From Candidatus Nanopusillus sp. (lineage in GTDB: Archaea; Nanobdellota; Nanobdellia; Nanobdellales; Nanobdellaceae): 26,353 nt of DNA. This document shows positions 15,543 through 23,136 of the stretch, piece after piece; positions within the stretch are counted from its first letter, which is position 1, and each line of letters starts with the position of its first letter. Where the stretch lies: assembly GCA_036845085.1 (NCBI GenBank), contig DAIUEN010000004.1, positions 1-26,353 of the forward strand, given 5' to 3'. Both the position numbers and the translations under genes were made by a program. Under the pieces are notes generated by a model. The model saw only the letters and a program-made list of their open reading frames with translations, searched no databases and was not told where the DNA came from.

Positions 15543-15562
15543 ATTATTTTATACAAAATTTG

Positions 15563-16534
15563 ATGAAATATGCTTATAGTAATGTAAGGATTATAACTTA
15601 CTCTATAGATAATAAAGAAATTACTAAATTAGAAGAAATTCTTCATTTAGATAAAAGAAAAAATATTTTAATAAGTTATAAAATAATAGAAAAAAAATTA
15701 GATGATGCGTTAATGAAAAATTTTGAGCCTATAAGAGACTGTATAAATAATGTTTTACTATATTATATATCGAAATATGGAAACAGTAGAATTTGTGGTA
15801 TGGAAATTATAATAGAAGAAGAAAGAACAGTTCCTCCGAATTATAACGAACGCGGTATGTATGATCTAAAGATGAATAAAGTTACTATAAATTTACAGAG
15901 GATTCTTGAAAGTTCGATAAGTTTTTTGGAAAATAATATTGGTATTTTAGTATCTGAAGAGTTAAAAAATATATTTGAATTCATAAGCAATAAAAGAAAA
16001 TCGGATATTTTATATAAAGTATTTTTAATATATACAATTAGAACATTGCTACACGAACTAAACCACTCCAAATATTATGATGAATATCATACATCATTTA
16101 GAGAAGTATTCGATACTATAGAATATCTAAAAATATATCATGGAAATCTTTTAGATCTTGCAGTTTCTGTTTTTAATTATAGTAAAAAGATGTATTATGA
16201 CTTATCCGAATATTATTATGATCTATATAAGAAAATAGAAGAAAAACCATATTTTAAAAGAGATATAAATAAACTTATAGAAAAAATAAAAGAAATTTTA
16301 TCTAGACCTAATAGTAGCAATCTTTCAAATTTAGACGATTATATCTCTCATAATTTATATAATATTGTTTCAAAGTATAATTTAAAATGCGATTTTTACT
16401 GTTTTTATACTATGCTAGAATTAATTTATACGTCTTTAGACTTAAGTTTATCATTTGAAGAAGCATTAGAAAAAGAGATGGAATATTTATATGACTTATA
16501 TCTAGGATATAAAACTGCTTTGTCCAAACTATAA
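15563..16534 (+). CDS. hypothetical protein with HExxH motif (putative minimal zincin metallopeptidase), member C of the three-gene family
   Basis: HELNH at 16052..16066 sits in a predicted helix (IRTLLHELNHSKYYDEYH). Upstream is ERGMYDLKMNKVTINLQRIL, which recalls the strand-then-helix layout of SprT/WLM/DUF45-type minimal zincins. No other family signature recognised. Confidence 0.6.
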   Translation: MKYAYSNVRIITYSIDNKEITKLEEILHLDKRKNILISYKIIEKKLDDALMKNFEPIRDCINNVLLYYISKYGNSRICGMEIIIEEERTVPPNYNERGMYDLKMNKVTINLQRILESSISFLENNIGILVSEELKNIFEFISNKRKSDILYKVFLIYTIRTLLHELNHSKYYDEYHTSFREVFDTIEYLKIYHGNLLDLAVSVFNYSKKMYYDLSEYYYDLYKKIEEKPYFKRDINKLIEKIKEILSRPNSSNLSNLDDYISHNLYNIVSKYNLKCDFYCFYTMLELIYTSLDLSLSFEEALEKEMEYLYDLYLGYKTALSKL

Positions 16535-16540
16535 TGATAA

Positions 16541-17524
16541 CTATACATCTCTAACTCCTTCTTCTGTTATCCTAAATACAACTTCCCTTTCTGGTAAGTG
16601 TGGAGCATCTATTAGTCTAGCTATTCTTGTTCTATCTTTTCCTTTCCTTAAGAAAATTCTATAAGTTATAGCATGTGCAAGCACATGTCCACCAACTGCT
16701 TGTACTAGATCTATTGCGAAGAAAGTTTCTGGTTTTGCCATTACCTGATTTGTTACATATACAGCTAAGTTGTATGCAGTAGCAATTTTTAGTAGATCTC
16801 TTAGATGTTGATTTAGTTTTTGTTGTCTTTCAGCCAATGTTCCTCTTCCAACATATTCTGCTCTAAAATGTGCAGTAATAGAATCTATAACTATTAATCT
16901 TATGTTATAATTATTTCTTATTAGTTCTGGTACTTTCTTAATTATTTTTATTTGATGATCTGAGTTAAATACTCTTACAAAAAGAATGTTTCTCATTGCT
17001 TCATCAGGATTTAATCCAACTCCGTTAGCCATCTGTTGTATTCTTTCTGGTCTAAAAGTACCTTCAGTATCTATATATAAGGCCTTTGCTATTTTATCAT
17101 TTTCTGATAACCCTCCTTGTTCTTTAGGTAATTGTACATTTACTGCTAGTTGATGTCCTAATTGTGTTTTTCCAGATCCAAATTCACCAAAAGCTTCCAC
17201 TAAAGCTTGTGTTTCTATACCACCGCCAAGTAGGTCGTCTAAAGCTTTAGATCCTGTAGTAATTCTGTCAACATTTTTTCTAGATTCAAAGTATTCATAT
17301 GCAGATCTAATACCATGACCTACGATATCTTCCGCAATTTCAATTAATTTTCTGGCAGTTTCTTCTCCCATTCCAGCTTTCTCAACCAATTCGTGAACAG
17401 AAGATAATGCTAAATCTTCTATAGTATATATACCAGCGTCTCTTAATTTTTGGGCTGTTTTTGGACCAACTCCAGGTAAATCTTCCAAATTCTTTATTGT
17501 TTTTTTATTTACATCTTCAGGCAT
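16541..17524 (-). CDS. radA: DNA repair and recombination protein RadA
   Basis: N-terminal HhH ([19 protein letters not shown]), Walker [10 protein letters not shown], Walker B LIVIDS, and the C-terminal [13 protein letters not shown] pattern. I prefer ATG 17524 (MPEDVNKK...), which has a TATA-like box about 26 nt upstream. The ORF-track extension to 17569 would overlap the upstream gene. Confidence 0.95.
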   Translation of the reverse strand: MPEDVNKKTIKNLEDLPGVGPKTAQKLRDAGIYTIEDLALSSVHELVEKAGMGEETARKLIEIAEDIVGHGIRSAYEYFESRKNVDRITTGSKALDDLLGGGIETQALVEAFGEFGSGKTQLGHQLAVNVQLPKEQGGLSENDKIAKALYIDTEGTFRPERIQQMANGVGLNPDEAMRNILFVRVFNSDHQIKIIKKVPELIRNNYNIRLIVIDSITAHFRAEYVGRGTLAERQQKLNQHLRDLLKIATAYNLAVYVTNQVMAKPETFFAIDLVQAVGGHVLAHAITYRIFLRKGKDRTRIARLIDAPHLPEREVVFRITEEGVRDV

Positions 17525-17546
17525 ATGGTATATATATAATAAAAAT

Positions 17547-18131
17547 TTATATATAGATAAAGTCTTCAAATATTAACCTTTCTATGTCTTTTTTGTTTAT
17601 ACCTAGAGAGTTTAAATAAAATTGCATATTTGGCAATATTTTTACTATTTTAGATCCGTGAAAGCCTTTTGATGAATAATTTGTTACTTTTAATATTGGT
17701 ATTAATACAGAAAAAGTATTTCCATATTCCAATAAATATTGATTTAAACTACCTTTGCTATTTTCTTTTTCAATTATAAGTTCTGATCTGTTTATTAGCT
17801 TATCATAATTTACATATCTTTCTTCAAAATTAGATACCGAGTTACTATCTAACAGAATTTCGTTATAGATAAGTAAATGACCTTTATTAATAACTAACAT
17901 CTTTATATCTGATTTATCTTTTATAATAAATCTATTATATACAATAGATTTGTCCTCATTTTCTAATTTAATTTTAATATTTTTAGATAATTTTATTTCG
18001 TTGAAATATATTTTTTTGTTGCATTTTAGTTCAAAACTTTCATTTTCTATTATTTTTTTCTCTATATCATAATTATCGAATTCTTTGTCATAATACTTTC
18101 TGAATATTTGTTTAAAATCCGGAATATCCAT
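17547..18131 (-). CDS. minimal SufB/SufD-family Fe-S assembly protein (C-terminal region only)
   Basis: 194 aa. The C-terminus [35 protein letters not shown] aligns by eye with the SufB/D C-terminal motif ([35 protein letters not shown] in E. coli SufB). Its start overlaps the end of sufC by 20 nt. Confidence 0.55.
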   Translation of the reverse strand: MDIPDFKQIFRKYYDKEFDNYDIEKKIIENESFELKCNKKIYFNEIKLSKNIKIKLENEDKSIVYNRFIIKDKSDIKMLVINKGHLLIYNEILLDSNSVSNFEERYVNYDKLINRSELIIEKENSKGSLNQYLLEYGNTFSVLIPILKVTNYSSKGFHGSKIVKILPNMQFYLNSLGINKKDIERLIFEDFIYI

Positions 18132-18804
18132 ATTTTTCTACAATATCTATAATCTCTTTTCCACTAATGCTTATAATTTTACCATCTTTCATAACAACTA
18201 TCTTATCAACATCTATATCTTTTAAAAATTTTATATTGTGAGTTATTATCATTATTGTTTTTCCAGATTTTTTTAGTTCATTTATTATATTTTTTATTTT
18301 CTTTTGAAATTCTATATCAATTCCACTATCTATTTCATCAAAAATATACAAATCCTTATTAAGTAGAATAGCAATTAATAAATTTAGTTTTCTTTTTTCT
18401 CCACCAGAATAATTATAAAATACTCCTCGATCTAAAAAATCTTCTGGTAAGTTAAATTCTCTTCCAAGTTCTAATATTTTATTTTCGTCGTAATCTTTTA
18501 ATAAAAATTTTAGTAGGGTTCTTAATCTTAGATTCTCTATTTCTGGTGGTTCCTGAAAAGAATAAAATATACCCAACCTAGCAATTTCTTCTGTTTCGAG
18601 ATTTGTTATATCGGTATTATTGTAAATTATTTTTCCTTCTTTTTTTAGTTTTTGATCATTTATTATTGCTCTTGCTAGACTACTTTTTCCAGATCCATTT
18701 GGTCCAATTATTGCTATAACTTCATTATCTTTAACAACTAAGTTAATGTTATCTAATATTTTTTTATCTTCTGCATAAACGTTTAGGTTTTCTATTATTA
18801 GCAT
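18112..18804 (-). CDS. sufC: Fe-S cluster assembly ATPase SufC (ABC ATPase)
   Basis: Walker A GPNGSGKSS, ABC signature YSGGEKRK, Walker B LYIFDEIDSGIDIE, H-loop ITHN. 230 aa with no TM partner, typical of SufC. Confidence 0.8.
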   Translation of the reverse strand: MLIIENLNVYAEDKKILDNINLVVKDNEVIAIIGPNGSGKSSLARAIINDQKLKKEGKIIYNNTDITNLETEEIARLGIFYSFQEPPEIENLRLRTLLKFLLKDYDENKILELGREFNLPEDFLDRGVFYNYSGGEKRKLNLLIAILLNKDLYIFDEIDSGIDIEFQKKIKNIINELKKSGKTIMIITHNIKFLKDIDVDKIVVMKDGKIISISGKEIIDIVEKYGYSGF

Positions 18805-18898
18805 AATTAATATATATGAGTAAAATCTTTAAATAACACTGTTATTTTATAAAGCATAAAACATTTACTAAAAAGATCTAATTATTTTAAAAATAAAT

Positions 18899-19426
18899 TT
18901 ACTTTATATGTCTTCTAACTTCTTTTAAGGTTCTTCTCATTCTAGGAGTTAGTCCTCTTAATGCTCTTTTTCTATGATTTATTATCCACGCATATTCTTC
19001 TCTAGATAATACATTGGGATTGTTTGGATCTACTAAGATTACTTCATACCATATATATTTACCATCTTCAGCAACATAATAAGATCCTAAAACTTCCATA
19101 TTAATATATTTTCTTTGAGCTCTCTGTTCTGCTATTACTTGTAATGGTATATCTAATGTCCTGTAAAAGTAATAACTAGTTGTTTTTACATGTCTTGGCA
19201 TGTCTTTTCTTTTTCTACTTCCCTTCTTAACTCTTACTCTAACTATTATAATACCATTAATTGGCTTCCATCCAAGTCTTCTTGCCCTATCTAGTCTTGT
19301 AGGTCTTTCTATTCTAACTATTGATGGCTCTCTTCTCCACGAAATCAATCTACTTTTCCATAGTTTTATTAAGTTTTCGTCTTTTTTCCTATTTTTCCAA
19401 GTTAAATTTAAAAATTTATACATCAT
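18899..19426 (-). CDS. rpl15e: 50S ribosomal protein L15e
   Basis: WRREPSIVRIERPTRLDRARRLGWKPINGIIIVRVRVKKGSRKR is a near-consensus eL15 N-terminal block. Confidence 0.9.
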   Translation of the reverse strand: MMYKFLNLTWKNRKKDENLIKLWKSRLISWRREPSIVRIERPTRLDRARRLGWKPINGIIIVRVRVKKGSRKRKDMPRHVKTTSYYFYRTLDIPLQVIAEQRAQRKYINMEVLGSYYVAEDGKYIWYEVILVDPNNPNVLSREEYAWIINHRKRALRGLTPRMRRTLKEVRRHIK

Positions 19427-19659
19427 TTTTTATTATTTTCGTCTTCTTTTTTTATTTCCTCTTCTATTTTTTTTATTTCCTCTTCTATTTTTTTATCTTC
19501 TATCCCTATCCACAATATTATTCCACCTAATAGAAGTAAAAACAAACCTAATGATCCTTTTATTACTAAGAGCAACTCTTCTAGCCAATAATATGATAAG
19601 TATGCACCAAAGGCTAGTAATATTATTCCTATCAGTATTTCTTTCATGTATCCTTCCAT
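19423..19659 (-). CDS. small membrane protein (2 TM) with charged repeat tail
   Basis: 78 aa. Hydrophobic helices ILIGIILLAFGAYLSYYWL and LGLFLLLLGGIILWIGI, then KKIEEEIKKIEEEIKKEDENNKK. Its stop overlaps the L15e start (ATGATG). Confidence 0.55.
   Translation of the reverse strand: MEGYMKEILIGIILLAFGAYLSYYWLEELLLVIKGSLGLFLLLLGGIILWIGIEDKKIEEEIKKIEEEIKKEDENNKK
19454..19495. repeat. tandem 21-nt direct repeat (two copies) inside the small membrane protein gene
   Basis: On the plus strand, atttcctcttctattttttt(t) occurs twice in tandem. It encodes the duplicated heptad KKIEEEI on the minus strand. Confidence 0.7.
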
Positions 19660-19697
19660 TTACTAAATTCTATTAAGATAACTTTTTAAATTATTTT

Positions 19698-20603
19698 ATG
19701 AATGAAATACTTAGAGAACTAAAGAGATTAATTAATTCTATACCTGAGGGAAAAATAACAACATTTGATATTTTATCAGACTTTTTAGGTTCGAAATATG
19801 CAGTTAAATTTATTGTACAAAATTATAAAAAACTTAAAGCTCCATGGTGGCGGGTTGTTAGATCTGATGGATATATTAAAGATCATATTCAGGAAAAAAT
19901 TCTTAAAAAGGAAGGCATTGTTATAGAAAATCATAAAATAAAAGATGTAGATAAGTATATATTTAGAGATTTTGATATAAAAGATAAAATATTGGAAAAA
20001 TATAGAAAAATTCAAGAAGAGTTATCAAAAAAAATTTTACTTGAAGATAGATTTTATAAATTAGAAATTTTTGGTGGTGTGGATATAAGTTATAAAAAAG
20101 AACATGCAATAGTAGTGTTTGTTATACTAGATAAAGATTTAAATATCATTAATAAGTATATATTTAAAACTAATGTAGAATTTCCATATATACCATCTTT
20201 TTTATCTTTTAGAGAAGGAGAACCTATAATAAAAACATTTAATCAAATTAATGAAAATATAGATGTATTATTCGTTAATGGACATGGAATTTTACATCCT
20301 ATTAAAATGGGTCTTGCAACGTATATTGGAGTGACTTTAGATATACCGACTATAGGAATAACAAAAAAATTATTAAAGATAGAGAATATGAAAATAGAAA
20401 ATAACTATATATTTGTTAATAATGAGAGAGTAGGATATAAACTAGTGAAATTCAATGATTTTGTATATGTATCTCCGGGAAATTTAATTTCTTTAGATAG
20501 TTCTATAGCTATATCTGAAAAGTTCTGGATTATGGGAAAATATCCAGAACCTATAAGGTTAGCGGATGAAATAAGTAAAAAATTAAAAAAATTTATTCTT
20601 TAA
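19698..20603 (+). CDS. nfi: fusion protein: N-terminal alkyltransferase-like (MGMT-fold, no Cys) domain plus C-terminal endonuclease V domain
   Basis: N-terminus: IPEGKITTFDILSDFLG...APWWRVVRSDGYI...ILKKEGI is the MGMT C-terminal fold with PWWR in place of PCHR. C-terminus: GGVDISY, PYIPSFLSFREGEP, DVLFVNGHGILHPIKMGLATYIGVTLDIPTIGITKK are EndoV blocks. Confidence 0.8.
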   Translation: MNEILRELKRLINSIPEGKITTFDILSDFLGSKYAVKFIVQNYKKLKAPWWRVVRSDGYIKDHIQEKILKKEGIVIENHKIKDVDKYIFRDFDIKDKILEKYRKIQEELSKKILLEDRFYKLEIFGGVDISYKKEHAIVVFVILDKDLNIINKYIFKTNVEFPYIPSFLSFREGEPIIKTFNQINENIDVLFVNGHGILHPIKMGLATYIGVTLDIPTIGITKKLLKIENMKIENNYIFVNNERVGYKLVKFNDFVYVSPGNLISLDSSIAISEKFWIMGKYPEPIRLADEISKKLKKFIL

Positions 20604-20991
20604 ATCCCTGTACAATTATTTTTTCCCCTATATCCCATACAATTACTTTTTGCCCTTCTTTTAAATTTTTTAGATTTTCATCTAATACTTTTGCTTCAAA
20701 AGTTTCGTAAGTATCTAAGTTCATTACTGAATATATATTGTCATCTATCTTAGCTATAATTTGTCCTCTTATTTTATTTATTATTGGTATTTCTATAGGA
20801 TCTTGTGTTTGTTTTACAAGTTCTGTAACTTTTCCACTAGTTATAGATTTCATAGTTATTCTTGCTTTTGCAGATCCATGTTTTCCAGTTTTTGCAATTT
20901 CTATATCTAATACTTCCCACACCTCATTGTTATACCATACGTATGAACCTTTTTTTAGATCAACTACTTTCTTTACTTGTATCTCTGGCAT
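20593..20991 (-). CDS. eif5a: translation initiation factor 5A (aIF5A)
   Basis: Hypusination loop KTGKHGSAKARI. 132 aa with an SH3-like N-terminal domain and an OB C-terminal domain. Confidence 0.9.
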   Translation of the reverse strand: MPEIQVKKVVDLKKGSYVWYNNEVWEVLDIEIAKTGKHGSAKARITMKSITSGKVTELVKQTQDPIEIPIINKIRGQIIAKIDDNIYSVMNLDTYETFEAKVLDENLKNLKEGQKVIVWDIGEKIIVQGFKE

Positions 20992-21043
20992 AAAATATAA
21001 ATATTATAATAAAATATATTAAATGATATTTCCTTATTAATAT

Positions 21044-21685
21044 ATGGTAAATGACATTATAAATATTTTATTAAACTTAGATATAAAAGATATTTTAGCT
21101 ACAGAAGAGGTATGGAAAAAATATAAAGATCCTTTTAGATTATTAATAACTATAATTATATCTATAAGAGTTAGAGAAGAAAAGACAATTGAAGTATCTG
21201 AAAGATTATTCAGTAAATACAGAGCTATAGAAGATATAAAAAATTCTAGTATAGATGAAATAAGAGATACTATAAAAGATATTGGATTATTTAACCAAAA
21301 GGCAAAATGGATAAAATATATAGCGGAAGTATGGGACTATAATAAAATATGTGATGAAGAATTCATAAGATCATTACCTGGTGTAGGTAGAAAGGTTGCG
21401 AATCTATATTTATCTGTTGTATGTAATAAAGATTATATTGCAGTTGATACACATGTACATAGAATCTTGAATAGACTAGGAATAATAAATACAAGAAACC
21501 ACGAAGAAACAGAAAAAGAATTATATAAAATATTGGATAAAAGTTATTGGAAATTAATAAATTTTAAATTAGTAAGATTTGGTAGGAACATATGTAAACC
21601 AAGAGATCCCAAATGCGAAATCTGTCCCTTAAATAATTACTGCAAATATTATAAAAATATAAATAATAAAGAGAAAAACAAATAA
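21044..21685 (+). CDS. nth: endonuclease III (Nth), HhH-GPD DNA glycosylase/AP lyase with 4Fe-4S cluster
   Basis: HhH-GPD region LPGVGRKVANLYLSV...IAVDTHVHRILNRLG, containing the catalytic Lys and Asp. C-terminal Cys cluster CKPRDPKCEICPLNNYC. Confidence 0.9.
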   Translation: MVNDIINILLNLDIKDILATEEVWKKYKDPFRLLITIIISIRVREEKTIEVSERLFSKYRAIEDIKNSSIDEIRDTIKDIGLFNQKAKWIKYIAEVWDYNKICDEEFIRSLPGVGRKVANLYLSVVCNKDYIAVDTHVHRILNRLGIINTRNHEETEKELYKILDKSYWKLINFKLVRFGRNICKPRDPKCEICPLNNYCKYYKNINNKEKNK

Positions 21686-21696
21686 TTTATTGCCTC

Positions 21697-21939
21697 TTAT
21701 AGATTTCTTAATATAGCCTTTGCCGCTAGTTTTATATCTTCTTTATTTACTGTTTTTCTATCTGTATGTTTTGCTAAGGTTATAGCTTCTTTAGCTATTT
21801 GTAGTGCTAAATCTTCTAATGCATCTTTCATATATTTTACAGCCTTAGCACCCACCCTTTCTACTCCAACTTTTGAACCTTCTGCCTTTAGGATTCTTTC
21901 TATAGCTGCCATAGGCAAACCTCTATCACCTTTTGCCAT
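21697..21939 (-). CDS. archaeal histone (HMf family)
   Basis: [21 protein letters not shown]...[44 protein letters not shown] is a histone fold. I prefer ATG 21939 (80 aa), which has a TATA-like box about 26 nt upstream. The ORF-track extension to 21996 looks spurious. Confidence 0.9.
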   Translation of the reverse strand: MAKGDRGLPMAAIERILKAEGSKVGVERVGAKAVKYMKDALEDLALQIAKEAITLAKHTDRKTVNKEDIKLAAKAILRNL

Positions 21940-21960
21940 AATATATATTTGTTTGATGTA

Positions 21961-21970
21961 TTTATATATT
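21961..21970 (-). promoter_or_regulatory. TATA-box-like element upstream of the histone gene
   Basis: Minus strand reads AATATATAAA, centred about 26 nt upstream of ATG 21939. Confidence 0.35.
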
Positions 21971-22135
21971 TTTTCTTTTTTTCTCTTCAAATACACGAGA
22001 TCTAGTTTTTGTATAATTTGTATTGGTGGTTTTACGAATATCTTTGCATAACCCTATACTGAAAAGTCGATTTATAATAACTATCCCTACAATATAGAAA
22101 ATATACAAGATAATTGAGATTAAGAAAAAATAAAG

Positions 22136-22882
22136 CTATTCTCTTGGAGCTAAAATAAAACCAAACTTAAATTTGTCCATTGATTTATATGTAATCCATA
22201 TAGGCTTATCATTATCAAATCTAAAAGTTAGAGTATCTGATACTTTTGCTACATTAGTTAGTTTATAAAGGTATTCTACAGAATACCTGGCCGTAGCTTT
22301 TGATGGAACTTCCATAGATAATATACTTTCATCTTGTGGAGTTAACTCTATTTTCATACTCTTTAATTCTCCTTCAGCAGTTATCGCTATTTTAGGACCA
22401 TTAGGATCTGCGCTTATTTTAATTTCATCGGCAATTACTTTTGATGATGCTAATATTTCACCAAAAGCTTTAGCATCCATTTCTACTTTTATTGGAAGTT
22501 CTAAATTTGGTACTTCTAAAAAATTGCTTTCAGATTCTATTAATGGTAATGTAAATAATTTCTTAGATTTTCCTTTAACTTCTATTATAAATTTCTTCTT
22601 ATTGTTGTCAACTTCTAAAGATATTTGATCTTTTAATTTTACTTTTGTCAATATCTTCTTAAAATCTTCTAAGTTTATTGTAAAAGTTTCTTCATCTTCT
22701 ACATTATATTCTAAGAACATATTTGGATACATATCTAATAATATTACTGCTACATTTGCTGGATCTAAAGATGATAAAGATATGCTCTCTTTTGTTGCTT
22801 TAAATGTACCCTCTGATATAAAGGCTACGACCGCTGGTATAATACTTTTTAGCTCTTTTGCTTGTGGTAAAACAACTTTCAT
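22136..22882 (-). CDS. pcn: DNA polymerase sliding clamp PCNA
   Basis: 248 aa with two-domain symmetry. N-terminus AKELKSIIPAVVAFISEGTFKATKESISLSSLDPANVAV and C-terminal FGFILAPRE are typical of archaeal PCNA. Confidence 0.9.
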   Translation of the reverse strand: MKVVLPQAKELKSIIPAVVAFISEGTFKATKESISLSSLDPANVAVILLDMYPNMFLEYNVEDEETFTINLEDFKKILTKVKLKDQISLEVDNNKKKFIIEVKGKSKKLFTLPLIESESNFLEVPNLELPIKVEMDAKAFGEILASSKVIADEIKISADPNGPKIAITAEGELKSMKIELTPQDESILSMEVPSKATARYSVEYLYKLTNVAKVSDTLTFRFDNDKPIWITYKSMDKFKFGFILAPRE

Positions 22883-22907
22883 TAATAATTATTAAAAAAA
22901 CAATTTA

Positions 22908-23120
22908 TTAATATTGTCTACCCATTAAGTATCCTACTACAAATCCTATAAGTAATATAAATCCAGTAAGTAGGGGATTCTGTAGAGTAGTATTTATAAA
23001 TAAATATATACCACTAAGCATATCTCCTGTAGTAAGGTATGAATATGCAACCATCAGTACTCCTACTATTATTACTGCTAATAATAATTTCGGCCCTGTA
23101 CCATACATTTGACCTATCAT
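22908..23120 (-). CDS. small hydrophobic membrane protein (2 TM)
   Basis: MIGQMYGTGPKLLLAVIIVGVLMVAYSYL...LLTGFILLIGFVVGYLMGRQY. I prefer ATG 23120, which has a TATA-like box about 27 nt upstream. The ORF-track TTG 23171 would overlap the helicase 3' end. Confidence 0.5.
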   Translation of the reverse strand: MIGQMYGTGPKLLLAVIIVGVLMVAYSYLTTGDMLSGIYLFINTTLQNPLLTGFILLIGFVVGYLMGRQY

Positions 23121-23136
23121 AAAATAAAATATAAAT

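Noticed and set aside
13342-16534. The hypothetical-protein cluster considered as an integrated mobile element or provirus.
   Set aside because: There is no integrase, transposase or capsid-like gene, no flanking direct repeats or adjacent tRNA attachment site, and no compositional shift that I can see relative to neighbouring housekeeping genes.
17525-17569. 5' extensions of ORFs in the track: radA to 17569, histone to 21996, HExxH protein to 15476, helicase to 25770, small membrane protein to 23171, mutase to 204.
   Set aside because: The extensions add non-conserved I/K/Y-rich residues ahead of recognisable family N-termini. They often start at TTG, run into neighbouring genes or over TATA-like boxes, and an internal ATG sits at the promoter-consistent distance.
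19454-19495. Short tandem repeat considered as a possible CRISPR or minisatellite.
   Set aside because: There are only two 21-nt copies with no spacers, in frame within a coding region (the KKIEEEI duplication). No CRISPR-like array exists anywhere in the window.
21997-22135. The 140-nt gap between the PCNA stop and the histone promoter, screened for a third C/D or other sRNA.
   Set aside because: A single CTGA (plus strand) is present, but no RUGAUGA-like box lies at the required 12-nt guide spacing on either strand, and no convincing hairpin is present. It is probably 3'/5' untranslated and promoter sequence.
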